Virus record (IMG/VR): IMGVR_UViG_3300021963_000024
Source of the DNA: a virus
Taxonomy: Duplodnaviria; Heunggongvirae; Uroviricota; Caudoviricetes
Strand: one strand, 5' to 3'
Length of the DNA: 64,000 nt
A program made the translations under genes and the position numbers. The notes under the pieces are model-generated. The model saw only the letters and a list, made by a program, of their open reading frames with translations, did no database searches and was not told the origin of the DNA. Below are positions 27,923 to 37,830 of the stretch, piece by piece; within the stretch, counting starts at the first letter, position 1, and each line of letters starts with the position of its first letter.

Positions 27923-29334
27923 ATTTTTATTGTTTTACAAAAGTTATAAAACTCTTCCAATTCTGGGAATGTTTTTACAAAATTAGTTCCTCTACGTTTA
28001 TCGTGATTTGAAAAATACTGATAAAAACTATATCTATTTTTCATTTGCTGTGTTGCATCTTGTGGTGCCAACATCCAATCGTAAATACGTTTTACTTTTT
28101 GAACTTCAACATCACTATATCCAATGTGTTCAGGACTAAATGATGGTGCCGCATAATATGTAATTAATTTAGATTGGTCTAAAATATATTTAGAAAAATC
28201 ATAAGGAAGAACTTGCACAGTTTGGTGTAAAGGATATCTTAAATATGATGAATCTAAAAATACTGCTGAGTTCCAATATCTATCAGATGATGCGTATTGG
28301 TCTTTTAAGGTATATACATTGTGAATTAATTGTTCATAGTTAAATACACTCAATGCGTTGTATGTAGACATAAATGTAATAATAACTCTAGGACATTCTG
28401 TCAATATCATATTAACATGGTCCCAAAAACGATTAAATTCTAATCCCGTTCTAATATATTCTGCCTGTTCTCCCCAAGTATCAACTGATGTAAATATTAC
28501 AACTTCTTTTGCTCTACCTTCATCTTCAATTCTTTTTATCTTCTCAATAAATTTTTTAACCAATTCGGTAGGAACACCTAAATTCGAATTAAACGCTAAT
28601 TTTAATTCCGTATTTGGGTTTTCTTGTTCAATGATGTAATCTAATACTTTCCAAGTATCTTTTGCCATTAGGGGTTCTCCACCTGTAATTCTAAAGGTGT
28701 GTAAATCTCTATATAAATCAGGCCACCATTTCCAAAATGCTTCTACATAAGGATTATGTTCTCTAGCAGGAATTGGAAATTTATCTTCTACTTTCATCCA
28801 CTCAGTTGAGTTGAAATTATCAAGAGTTGGATAATGTCCATATTGTTCTATTTCTTCTACCCATTTTGAACTGAAAGCGGGTCCACAATATGAACATTTA
28901 AAATTACATGCATTTGAGAATGCTACTTCTACATATTTTGGATTGTAATCATCTCTCCAATCTGATTCTGTAATTTCTTTCATAAATGGATAAGACCAAC
29001 TTTCTCCTGATTTAAAAATTCTATCAGAAAAACGGTCAGAATTATCTTCTACTCCCCAACAATAATCACACTCAACAGGTCTACTACCTTGTAACATTTC
29101 TTTTCTACGAAGTTTTTTATATCTCGTATTATGAAGTGCCGATGGGTTTCGTGCAATCTCTTGTTCCGAAATTTTATGTGTTCTTGGATGGTGACATGAA
29201 TGATTATGTCCATTTTGCAATTGTAGTGTTACTTGTGTCCACTTTGCTAAACACATTCCTGGACCAACTGAATTAAGTTCATCTTTTACTCTTAAATAAA
29301 TTGGATTTTCTTTGTATGTTTTTTGCTCTGCCAT
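27919..29334 (-). CDS. radical SAM protein with N-terminal extra Cys cluster (SPASM/twitch-like)
   Basis: CLAKW..SCHH..CDYCW; CNFKCSYC; ITGGEPL; NSNL. Confidence 0.85.
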   Translation of the reverse strand: MAEQKTYKENPIYLRVKDELNSVGPGMCLAKWTQVTLQLQNGHNHSCHHPRTHKISEQEIARNPSALHNTRYKKLRRKEMLQGSRPVECDYCWGVEDNSDRFSDRIFKSGESWSYPFMKEITESDWRDDYNPKYVEVAFSNACNFKCSYCGPAFSSKWVEEIEQYGHYPTLDNFNSTEWMKVEDKFPIPAREHNPYVEAFWKWWPDLYRDLHTFRITGGEPLMAKDTWKVLDYIIEQENPNTELKLAFNSNLGVPTELVKKFIEKIKRIEDEGRAKEVVIFTSVDTWGEQAEYIRTGLEFNRFWDHVNMILTECPRVIITFMSTYNALSVFNYEQLIHNVYTLKDQYASSDRYWNSAVFLDSSYLRYPLHQTVQVLPYDFSKYILDQSKLITYYAAPSFSPEHIGYSDVEVQKVKRIYDWMLAPQDATQQMKNRYSFYQYFSNHDKRRGTNFVKTFPELEEFYNFCKTIKI

Positions 29335-29338
29335 AATT

Positions 29339-30796
29339 TTAACAATGAACGTTAATCATTTTGTGTTTTTCAAATATTGTTTGGGTATTTAAGTATGTGT
29401 ATTTCATACTATTTATACCATCTTTTTTATAATCTATTTTGCCTTGTTGCATTTCTAATACATATCTCCTTTCATTTGCTGCTGTTGTTTCACCCTTTGC
29501 CCACTTTTCTATTCCACCAACATTTATCAATCCTTCCGTTTGATGTGGTAAACAAAAGAATTTACCATCTCGTCTATGTGGTAATACAACATCAGGTATT
29601 ATAATATCTCTTTCTTCAAATTTTACATCATTTATAAAACCATCATTTAATTCGGATTGGTCTATTAGATATCCATTTTCTATATCATCAAAATTGTAAT
29701 GTAAAACTAATCCGTTTGTTGAATATTGTTTATTTAATAATTCAACTTCGGTTTCATCTAATGCTCTATTCCATATTTTTATATCCGCTATTTCGCCCTT
29801 AAAATATGCATTTGGTTCAAATCCAGCAACAGATGGTGTATGTCCAATGTAAAATGGTTCACTACCATATCTTTTTAAATCATATTGATATCTGATTGGT
29901 GATTGTGTTCCCATTCCATTTCTTGCATCACTTTCTCTACCATTGATATATAAGTGCATTCTTTTTCTTTTAGAATCCACTACCATAGTAACCCAACTCC
30001 ATTCATTTTCATATCTTTTTATCCATTGGTAGATGTGTTCTCTATGATTATTCCAAAGCATTGCAGTATATGCTCTACTATTGTTAAAAGATAATCCCCA
30101 ATCAAATCCTGGTTTTCTTATTATAGGGTATTCTACAAACTTTCTTTTATCATCACCGATTAACCAAATAGGAACTTTTTCTATTTGCTGGTCTGCTTTA
30201 ACTAAAACAGAAACGGTATGACAAGAATTCAAAGATTGTCTTAATTTATCATCAGGTTGGTTTGGTATTTTTATAAATGATGATTTACCATTAAATACTC
30301 CAACCGTTTTTGTTTTATTATAATTTAATGTTTTTTTATCGGCATATCCTTCTAAAACACATCTCCAAAATAAGTCATCATCTTCCATACCCCAATCCCA
30401 ATAACCATTAGAATATCCGTTGGTTTTTATCACTTGTTCTTTTGTAAACAACACTGCACCACCAAAGTATTCCTGATATTTTAATCCGTAATCAGATTGT
30501 GATATCCTAACTGCCAAATGCTTTGGTGCATCTGGATTATATGAATAATCACAACTATCATCTTCTGGCACCATATCAATATCATGCCAAACTATATAAT
30601 CACAACCATCATCAAATGCATATTTGGCTGCAATGTTTTTCATCAAACCTCTGTTAAATAATTTTTCATCACATTGGTGTGCCAAATATATTGTATGCTC
30701 AATTCCCCTATCTTCTAAAAATTTAGATACATGAGGAACAAACTTATTCATATGTTCTTGTCGATTTCTATATGGAACACAAACTCCTAATTTCAT
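29339..30796 (-). CDS. GT7 (beta-1,4-galactosyltransferase-like) with inserted LamG domain, copy 1
   Basis: VPYRNR, FNRG, HDID, YFGG, NGYSNGYWDWGMEDDDL, LamG (GEIADIKIWNRAL), then PHQTEG..DGINSMKY. Confidence 0.88.
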   Translation of the reverse strand: MKLGVCVPYRNRQEHMNKFVPHVSKFLEDRGIEHTIYLAHQCDEKLFNRGLMKNIAAKYAFDDGCDYIVWHDIDMVPEDDSCDYSYNPDAPKHLAVRISQSDYGLKYQEYFGGAVLFTKEQVIKTNGYSNGYWDWGMEDDDLFWRCVLEGYADKKTLNYNKTKTVGVFNGKSSFIKIPNQPDDKLRQSLNSCHTVSVLVKADQQIEKVPIWLIGDDKRKFVEYPIIRKPGFDWGLSFNNSRAYTAMLWNNHREHIYQWIKRYENEWSWVTMVVDSKRKRMHLYINGRESDARNGMGTQSPIRYQYDLKRYGSEPFYIGHTPSVAGFEPNAYFKGEIADIKIWNRALDETEVELLNKQYSTNGLVLHYNFDDIENGYLIDQSELNDGFINDVKFEERDIIIPDVVLPHRRDGKFFCLPHQTEGLINVGGIEKWAKGETTAANERRYVLEMQQGKIDYKKDGINSMKYTYLNTQTIFEKHKMINVHC

Positions 30797-30797
30797 A

Positions 30798-32228
30798 CTA
30801 TAACAATACTGATAAATGATGTATATTTTCTTTTTTTGCTTCTCCGATTATTTGATACATACAACTATTTAAACCATCTAATTCTATATTATATAATCTT
30901 TTTTTAACTTCATTCAAAAACCTCAATTGATTTATTCTGGTTTCTCTATGAACCCAACTCTTACCATTCCAACTATTTGGTTTGTGTGATAATAATTTGA
31001 AAAGACTATCTCTTCTATAAGGAACCATCATTTCTTTACCCAATTGCTGGTTTGATTTAATAAAATGTGAATTGATAATTTCTCCATCATTTCCGTTACC
31101 TGATAAATCTATCAATTTTTTATTTTTGTAGAATTTAAAATCGTAATATAATTTTAAATTATCGGAAGATTTATAAGCTCTAAAATTTTCTAATAGAGAA
31201 TTTTCTAATGTATTTTCCGAAAGTATTTCAATTTCTCTTTCATCTAATACTTTATCAAAAATAGCAAATTCAGAAATTATACCATAAAAATAATTGTTGT
31301 TATCTAATCTTTCAGGAGAGCCAACGCCCAAATAAAAATATTCTTCATCTGAATAGTTTTTGAAATCGCCTATTAATTTTTTTGATTCAACCAATTCACC
31401 ATCTTTATAAAATGAAATTTCTTTATTTTTTACACTTATTGTAATACAAATTTGCGTAAAGTGATTTGTAAGTATTTCCGAATTAATAGATAAATTTTCA
31501 TTTTTTGAATTCCAAAAATCACATTTATATCTTCTAAATGAATTATAAGATATATTAGTATCATACCCTGGTATAGAGAATACGGTATATTCATCATACT
31601 CTTTCATAGGATTAGATATGACTTCATCGGGTTTAAAAGATATCAATATTGATGCATCCCTATTAAAATCAAATAAATCTTTTTTTGGAATCTTTATATG
31701 AGAATCTTTACCATTGAAGTATAAACCATATATTTTTTTAACTTCTTTTTTTCCTATTACTTTTCTATCTAAAATAATTCCCTTTTCTGCACATCTAAAT
31801 AGAAGGTCATCATCCTCAAATCCCCATCCCCAATATAAATTCGAATAACCATTTATTTTTTCAAATGTTTTATTTGACATCATTGTTACTCCGCCAAAAT
31901 AATCATCGAATTCTAAATTTTTAGCTTTTTCATATTCCAATTCAAATTTTGTTGCAAGATGGAGTGGAACTTCCGAATAAGAATAATCAACATCAATTGG
32001 TATCATATCCACATCGTGAAATACAATATAATCACAACCTAACTCTTTTGCTTTTATATATCCAACATTTAATAGTTTTCCTCTATTAAAAGGTTTATCA
32101 TCGGATTGTTCGACTATTATTACTTCGGAATCTATTTTTTTAGATTTTAAATAACTTTTTGTTTCTGATATAAACCTATTTAAATGAGTCTCTCTATTTC
32201 TATATGGAACGATGATTCCTAATTTCAT
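30798..32228 (-). CDS. GT7 with inserted LamG domain, copy 2
   Basis: VPYRNR, FNRGKLLNVG, HDVD, YFGG, NGYSNLYWGWGFEDDDL, LamG (GIISEFAIFDKVL), SHKPN..DGLNS. Confidence 0.88.
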   Translation of the reverse strand: MKLGIIVPYRNRETHLNRFISETKSYLKSKKIDSEVIIVEQSDDKPFNRGKLLNVGYIKAKELGCDYIVFHDVDMIPIDVDYSYSEVPLHLATKFELEYEKAKNLEFDDYFGGVTMMSNKTFEKINGYSNLYWGWGFEDDDLLFRCAEKGIILDRKVIGKKEVKKIYGLYFNGKDSHIKIPKKDLFDFNRDASILISFKPDEVISNPMKEYDEYTVFSIPGYDTNISYNSFRRYKCDFWNSKNENLSINSEILTNHFTQICITISVKNKEISFYKDGELVESKKLIGDFKNYSDEEYFYLGVGSPERLDNNNYFYGIISEFAIFDKVLDEREIEILSENTLENSLLENFRAYKSSDNLKLYYDFKFYKNKKLIDLSGNGNDGEIINSHFIKSNQQLGKEMMVPYRRDSLFKLLSHKPNSWNGKSWVHRETRINQLRFLNEVKKRLYNIELDGLNSCMYQIIGEAKKENIHHLSVLL

Positions 32229-32231
32229 TTA

Positions 32232-32531
32232 TTAAACTTTTTCTATATCTTTTTTTGGTCTAACTTTTCTTGGTGGTGGTGGAGTTTGTTGTTCTTCCTG
32301 TGTTGTTGGAACTTCCCCACTAAAATTTGCTTTAGCCATTGTATGCCATTCATACAAATACCATGCCAATCTTTCACCCCATTCTTTCTTATCAATTTCT
32401 TCGAACCAAATAGTAAGTGCATCCAAAGAATTTGCTATCTTTTCCAATGCTTTAACTTTTCTTGTTTCCAATACAACTGATTCTAAATTTTGTTCTGGAG
32501 TTTCTACTTCTTGTAACTTAATTTTTGCCAT
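32232..32531 (-). CDS. hypothetical protein
   Basis: 99 aa, in frame with the operon packing. Confidence 0.55.
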   Translation of the reverse strand: MAKIKLQEVETPEQNLESVVLETRKVKALEKIANSLDALTIWFEEIDKKEWGERLAWYLYEWHTMAKANFSGEVPTTQEEQQTPPPPRKVRPKKDIEKV

Positions 32532-32533
32532 TT

Positions 32534-33982
32534 TTAAATTTTAATTGAGTGTAAAAATATATTATCTTTTAATTGTTCTGTTTCATATAAATCATATGAA
32601 AGTGTATTTAATCCAAAATTGTCTGTGTTTAGGGTGTTGTTTGCTATTTCATAGAAAAATATACTTTCATTTTCTACAAAATTTCCATCCTTATCAACCC
32701 AATTATACACACCCAATTTAGAAAATTTTTCTTCTCCTTCCATAACTTCAAATCTACCCAAAGATTGTTCTGGCATATTTGTTTCGTATGAAAGAGTTAT
32801 TTCTTCTGAATATATTTGGTTATGTAATCCCGTAGATATCAATCTTGCATGCGATTTTGATTTAGATTCATCTACATAAAAATCTCCAAATTTTTTACTA
32901 AATGTTATGTCTATTATAGATTCAAAATTTGTATTGACAATATCATCTGTTTTATAACCATCAACATATATTTTTTCTATTTCCGAATCGTTTAATGCAT
33001 AATCAAAGCACAATAGATTTGATATTTTACCTTCGAAACAATCTCTAAACGCCATACTTCCTATCCACAAATCTTTACCTCTAAAATCCATTAATGTATC
33101 TGGCAATTCACTCCAACCAACCAATTTACCATCTACAAATAAAGATGCTTTTCTATAATCCATATCAACTTTTAATGCTAAATTAATCCATTGATTTGTA
33201 TAGTTTTTATGTTCGAACCAAATATTATACAATTGATTATCATCTCCCCAGATTTGAACAGCTATAGCCTGGTTTTTCATAACAAAAATACCCATATCAT
33301 ATCCTTGCTTACCAATTATACACCCGTTTGTTGATTGATTATCGTTTATCCAGATATCCATTGATATCGTAAATGAATCTTCAAATAGATAATCAGTTTT
33401 CTTATTTGCTTTTATAATAGCACAATTATTTTGGTCGGAAATAAATGGATAAACTGTTTTTTTACTAAATTTATTTATCTCATCAACATCAATTAATCTA
33501 TGTGGTTTGTAAACATTTTTAGTAAAGAATCTCTTAACCGGCAATAGATTGTGTTTATTTAATCTAAATAGAAAATCTTCCCAATGAAAAATACCACCCC
33601 AATAATCATTACTAAATCCATTTACTTTGATAAAATCTTCTTTTGTTATTTTAAAACTACCACCAATCCAATTTGCATATGGTTTTAAATTTGTAGCAAG
33701 ATGTGTTGGATAATGTGTATATGTATAATCACAATTATCTTGCTTTGGTAATAAATCTATATCTTGAAAAACATAATAATCAGAAGTATCTGCGGTTATA
33801 TCAAACCCAATATTACATAGTTTACCATAATTAAAATAAACATCTGCATCTTTTTGTTCTATGAAATGTATTTCGTAATTGACCTTATCTTTAAGGAAAT
33901 ATTCCATATGACCTATGAATGTATACATTTGTTCTTTACGGTCAGAATATGGAACTATAATAGATAACTTTTTATCTTGCAT
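32534..33982 (-). CDS. degenerate GT7 with inserted LamG domain, copy 3
   Basis: VPYSDR, FNYGKLCNIG, QDID, NGFSNDYWGGIFHWEDFL (catalytic EDDD altered), LamG (GKISNLLCFDYAL), FGLNTLSY. Confidence 0.8.
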   Translation of the reverse strand: MQDKKLSIIVPYSDRKEQMYTFIGHMEYFLKDKVNYEIHFIEQKDADVYFNYGKLCNIGFDITADTSDYYVFQDIDLLPKQDNCDYTYTHYPTHLATNLKPYANWIGGSFKITKEDFIKVNGFSNDYWGGIFHWEDFLFRLNKHNLLPVKRFFTKNVYKPHRLIDVDEINKFSKKTVYPFISDQNNCAIIKANKKTDYLFEDSFTISMDIWINDNQSTNGCIIGKQGYDMGIFVMKNQAIAVQIWGDDNQLYNIWFEHKNYTNQWINLALKVDMDYRKASLFVDGKLVGWSELPDTLMDFRGKDLWIGSMAFRDCFEGKISNLLCFDYALNDSEIEKIYVDGYKTDDIVNTNFESIIDITFSKKFGDFYVDESKSKSHARLISTGLHNQIYSEEITLSYETNMPEQSLGRFEVMEGEEKFSKLGVYNWVDKDGNFVENESIFFYEIANNTLNTDNFGLNTLSYDLYETEQLKDNIFLHSIKI

Positions 33983-33990
33983 ATAACCTT

Positions 33991-34857
33991 TTATATAGAT
34001 ATAATTTTATTAAATAATTTTTTCCATTTTTTGTAACTTTCAAAGGATGCAACTGGACAATATTCAAACATATAATCTTCTGATAATAAATTCAATTCAA
34101 AATTTGAATTTCTTAATGATTGATGCATTTTAAAATATTCATCTGAGTATGCATAATCTTTTCTAATATCTGCTACTTTTTTTATTCTATCAACAACTGT
34201 TTTATCCCATTTAAAATGATGTACCTGAACATTGTAAATATCTACAGGTGCAATTAAAGGGTGTTGCCAACCTTGCCATCTCCAAGTTGTATGCCCATCT
34301 ATCTTTGCATAATGTTGACCAGGAGTTATTTCTATATAACCCTTTACAATACAAATTTTATTAGGACATGCTTTGCTCATTTGATATCTGAAAAATCCAG
34401 CATATGGAAATTGACTAAATATATTTTGTTTTTTAGAGAATTTTTCAATTTCTTTAAATTTACCATCTTCTCCAATTCTATCTATAAAACCACCTCTAAC
34501 TATATCCCAATTATTTTCATCACAATCATTTATTATTTCTCTTAATGGTTTTGAATATAAATGAAATTCATCATCATCTGAAATAACCCACCAATCATTT
34601 GGATATAAATTTTTTATTTCATTGTATAATGCTGTAACTGTCTCCCAATTGTATTCTTGAGTATCATCGTGCCTATATAAAAATATTTTGTCTTTGTAAT
34701 TATCAGTTATCTCTTTAACTTTATCGTATTGTCCATTTCCTGTATCATAAACAACAATATAAATCTCGTCAACCAAATCATAGTAATGATTAATCATATA
34801 TTCGAGTGTATCTGTTCTCGAACCTGTTACTGTAACTAATCTTATTTTTTTATTCAT
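33991..34857 (-). CDS. GT-A fold glycosyltransferase (GT2-like)
   Basis: WWVISDDDEFH, VRGGFIDR, HHFKW. Confidence 0.7.
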   Translation of the reverse strand: MNKKIRLVTVTGSRTDTLEYMINHYYDLVDEIYIVVYDTGNGQYDKVKEITDNYKDKIFLYRHDDTQEYNWETVTALYNEIKNLYPNDWWVISDDDEFHLYSKPLREIINDCDENNWDIVRGGFIDRIGEDGKFKEIEKFSKKQNIFSQFPYAGFFRYQMSKACPNKICIVKGYIEITPGQHYAKIDGHTTWRWQGWQHPLIAPVDIYNVQVHHFKWDKTVVDRIKKVADIRKDYAYSDEYFKMHQSLRNSNFELNLLSEDYMFEYCPVASFESYKKWKKLFNKIISI

Positions 34858-34859
34858 TT

Positions 34860-35660
34860 TTATTTTCTTGTCAGAACTGTCAATCCAGTTGTTGTTGGTT
34901 TTAAAGAATCAAACATACGAAAATTTTTTAAATTTACCAAATTCCAATCAGAATTATTTTCTAAATCTTTAATAAATTTTGCCGGCCCATCAAAATTATC
35001 AAAATCCTTTTTAGCATCTTCAGTAACGATAAAAGTATCATGATAATTTTGGTCGGTATCGTGTATTGTTATAATTCCATTTTCTGACATTATGGTTGAA
35101 TACAATTCAAAATCTTTTTTAACACCTTCATAAGAATGGTCGCCATCTATATGCAAATAATCAATCTTAATATCTTGTCTTACAAAATAATCATAAAAGG
35201 CCCTTTCTGATGTTTCTAAAATAACTTGTGGTGAAAAATGTTGTCTTAAAAAAGAATTTTCATCTGTCCAATCAGTAAACCCTCCAATACCATTTGAAGC
35301 ATCTATAATTATAGTTGTTCCAATATCACCCCATTCGGTTTGATTATTCCCTTCGAATATTTTTTGTTCCCATAAATCTTTTCTAGCTTGCGTCATAAGA
35401 CGGGGTATAAATCCTCCTCCTGTTCCAATACAAACGCATATTTTTGCTCTATTAAACATTATGAGTGAATATATCATTAACCCATCTCCTAAGTGTAAAT
35501 CGGTTGCACCATGTGTCCAACGATACTTTACAGGCTCCAATTTAACATTACCATTTTCATCAATAGTATGATTATTTGTTAAATATTTTTGAATTAGTGT
35601 TTGATTTAGTAAGTTCATTTTCTGGAATATTGTTCTACTTCTTTTTCTATTTTTGGCCAA
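34860..35660 (-). CDS. class I SAM-dependent methyltransferase
   Basis: CIGTGGGF, IDYLHIDGDHSYEGVKKDF, IHD. Confidence 0.85.
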   Translation of the reverse strand: MAKNRKRSRTIFQKMNLLNQTLIQKYLTNNHTIDENGNVKLEPVKYRWTHGATDLHLGDGLMIYSLIMFNRAKICVCIGTGGGFIPRLMTQARKDLWEQKIFEGNNQTEWGDIGTTIIIDASNGIGGFTDWTDENSFLRQHFSPQVILETSERAFYDYFVRQDIKIDYLHIDGDHSYEGVKKDFELYSTIMSENGIITIHDTDQNYHDTFIVTEDAKKDFDNFDGPAKFIKDLENNSDWNLVNLKNFRMFDSLKPTTTGLTVLTRK

Positions 35661-36499
35661 AGAAATTCATTAAAAAACCTAATGTGTTGTTCTCCAGATG
35701 GATGCCACTGTCCTCCGTTAAGCATTTCATTTTGATTTAAAAACCATTCTATAATCCCACCACCAAATCCGGATATGTTTACATCATCTGTAAATATAAA
35801 TTTACTAAAATCTATTTTATTTAGTAATGCTTTTAGTGTATCTAATTCATACCAAGAATTCTCAAACGGTTCTAATTTATCAAAAATACTTTTATTTGTT
35901 TTTAAAGTTGCATAATTACCACTTTGGCCCGTTTTATCCGTTTGTAATTTTATTAATTTTTCAATACTAACATCCATATCGAAAAGATTACCAATTGTAA
36001 GCATTTTATATGGTATACCTTTTGTATTCAAATATTGTTGTGTGTGATATATGTTTTCTAATGTATCCAAAACTGCTCCATAAAAAGAATAATATTTTTC
36101 ATAAAAATCTTTAGCATATCCCATAGTATCGGTCCCATTACACATATAATTTATTTTATTTACCCAATGTGGTGATATATCTTTTATTCTTGGAAATGTA
36201 TTTGCTTTTTCTTCTGAAACAAAAATTGGATAATCCCATCTATCAATTGTGGACCATTGAACAATCATATAATCAGGCATATGCTTATGCGATATATCAT
36301 TTAAATACCAAAAAGTTTTTCTTCGTATTACAGTATTAGAAGAACCACCAACTGCAATATTTCTTACTGCATATTTTTGTTCTATACTACTTGGAATTTT
36401 ATAATTATAACGGTCAAATCCTTTATTATATAATCCCGATACCCAACTATCATTATCATCGGATGGTGCAGAAAAAGAACACCCATTCACTAAAATCAT
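35615..36499 (-). CDS. SGNH-like hydrolase/acyltransferase
   Basis: VNGCSFS, NIAVGGSSNTVI, VQWSTIDR, WHPSGEQH. Confidence 0.6.
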   Translation of the reverse strand: MILVNGCSFSAPSDDNDSWVSGLYNKGFDRYNYKIPSSIEQKYAVRNIAVGGSSNTVIRRKTFWYLNDISHKHMPDYMIVQWSTIDRWDYPIFVSEEKANTFPRIKDISPHWVNKINYMCNGTDTMGYAKDFYEKYYSFYGAVLDTLENIYHTQQYLNTKGIPYKMLTIGNLFDMDVSIEKLIKLQTDKTGQSGNYATLKTNKSIFDKLEPFENSWYELDTLKALLNKIDFSKFIFTDDVNISGFGGGIIEWFLNQNEMLNGGQWHPSGEQHIRFFNEFLWPKIEKEVEQYSRK

Positions 36500-37830
36500 A
36501 TTATATTTGTTTTTAAAAGTAATTTATTAATATTATTCATTATATTACAATAATGATTAATTAAATTTTCCTTATTATTTTTTATTCTATTATAATTTTT
36601 TATATATAACTTTTGCAATTCTTTAGTATTTAATTTTTTTAAAGAAGTTACAATCATATCTATTTGCTCCAATTCATTTTTATATTCTATTCCATTTAAA
36701 TCAAATTCATCTAAAAATAGGTCTATTCCTATTTTTTTAAAAGAATCATAAACTTTATTAGAACCGTAAATCATACAAAAATTTTCAGCTATAATTGGTT
36801 TTATTGATTTTTCTGTAAAAAATCCGTATTGTAAATCAAAAATGCAATGTGTTTCACCAACTACATCAATCCATGCATCATTATATTCTTCATCTTTAAA
36901 ATAATATTTCAAATGGTCATATAAAAAATCAGCATTGTCTGATGTGATGTTTATTTTGTCAATAATTTTTAAAAATTCATTAAAAAATTCTTTATTAAAA
37001 TATTTCTTATGATTAATACTATGTTTTTTGGTGTTATCCGTATAAATAAAATTATCATTTACGGCTTGTTTATATTCTTCTAAAAATTTAATATTAACAT
37101 TATTTTTTCCATGTTGTAATATATCATTTTTATATGCCTCTAATAAAAATTTTATTCTATGGTATCTTGGTTTTTGACAAGTTTGTGAATAAACATTAGT
37201 TCTATATAATTTATTATTTATGTTAAAATTTTCAAACATTTTTTTAAAATCAACCAAATATTCACTCCATCCATATTTTGTATGTGGAAATAAAGTTGTT
37301 ATCAATTGTCCTTCTCCTAATATATGAAATAAAGAATAAAATGAATCATAATAAAAATTATTTTCCTTTGCAAACAATTCATAATCTGTTAATTTAATAT
37401 GATTAAATTTAAAATTATACAAAAACAAATCGGATTCATCTTCATAATTTACTGCTTCTAAAAATGCAAAATTAAAAAAAACTGTAATGTTTTTTTCTAC
37501 ATAACGATTTTCTAATTTTAAAAAATCTTCTTTATTATTTTTTAATAATGGATAGTATAATTCATACCAAAGTTTTCTATCACATATTATTGTTAAATCA
37601 TCAATCGGATTTGTATAATATGAATCCATATTTATCAAATCATTTGTATTTTGTATTTTGGAATACACATTCATATCCAAATGATGGTTTATTGTAATAG
37701 TATTATCATTTGATTTTATTTTTAATACAGATAATTTATTATCCATTACCTTATTCAAATCCAAAAGTTTAGCATCTGGAAATAAACAATGTAATTCTGC
37801 TGTGGTGCAAAGTAAATTTATATATTTCAT
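36496..37830 (-). CDS. putative glycosyltransferase, paralog of 20981..22408
   Basis: QKPRYHRI and WIDVVGET..FFTEKSIKP versus SKPHRVA and YINLVTET..FLSEKIFKP. Confidence 0.45.
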   Translation of the reverse strand: MKYINLLCTTAELHCLFPDAKLLDLNKVMDNKLSVLKIKSNDNTITINHHLDMNVYSKIQNTNDLINMDSYYTNPIDDLTIICDRKLWYELYYPLLKNNKEDFLKLENRYVEKNITVFFNFAFLEAVNYEDESDLFLYNFKFNHIKLTDYELFAKENNFYYDSFYSLFHILGEGQLITTLFPHTKYGWSEYLVDFKKMFENFNINNKLYRTNVYSQTCQKPRYHRIKFLLEAYKNDILQHGKNNVNIKFLEEYKQAVNDNFIYTDNTKKHSINHKKYFNKEFFNEFLKIIDKINITSDNADFLYDHLKYYFKDEEYNDAWIDVVGETHCIFDLQYGFFTEKSIKPIIAENFCMIYGSNKVYDSFKKIGIDLFLDEFDLNGIEYKNELEQIDMIVTSLKKLNTKELQKLYIKNYNRIKNNKENLINHYCNIMNNINKLLLKTNII

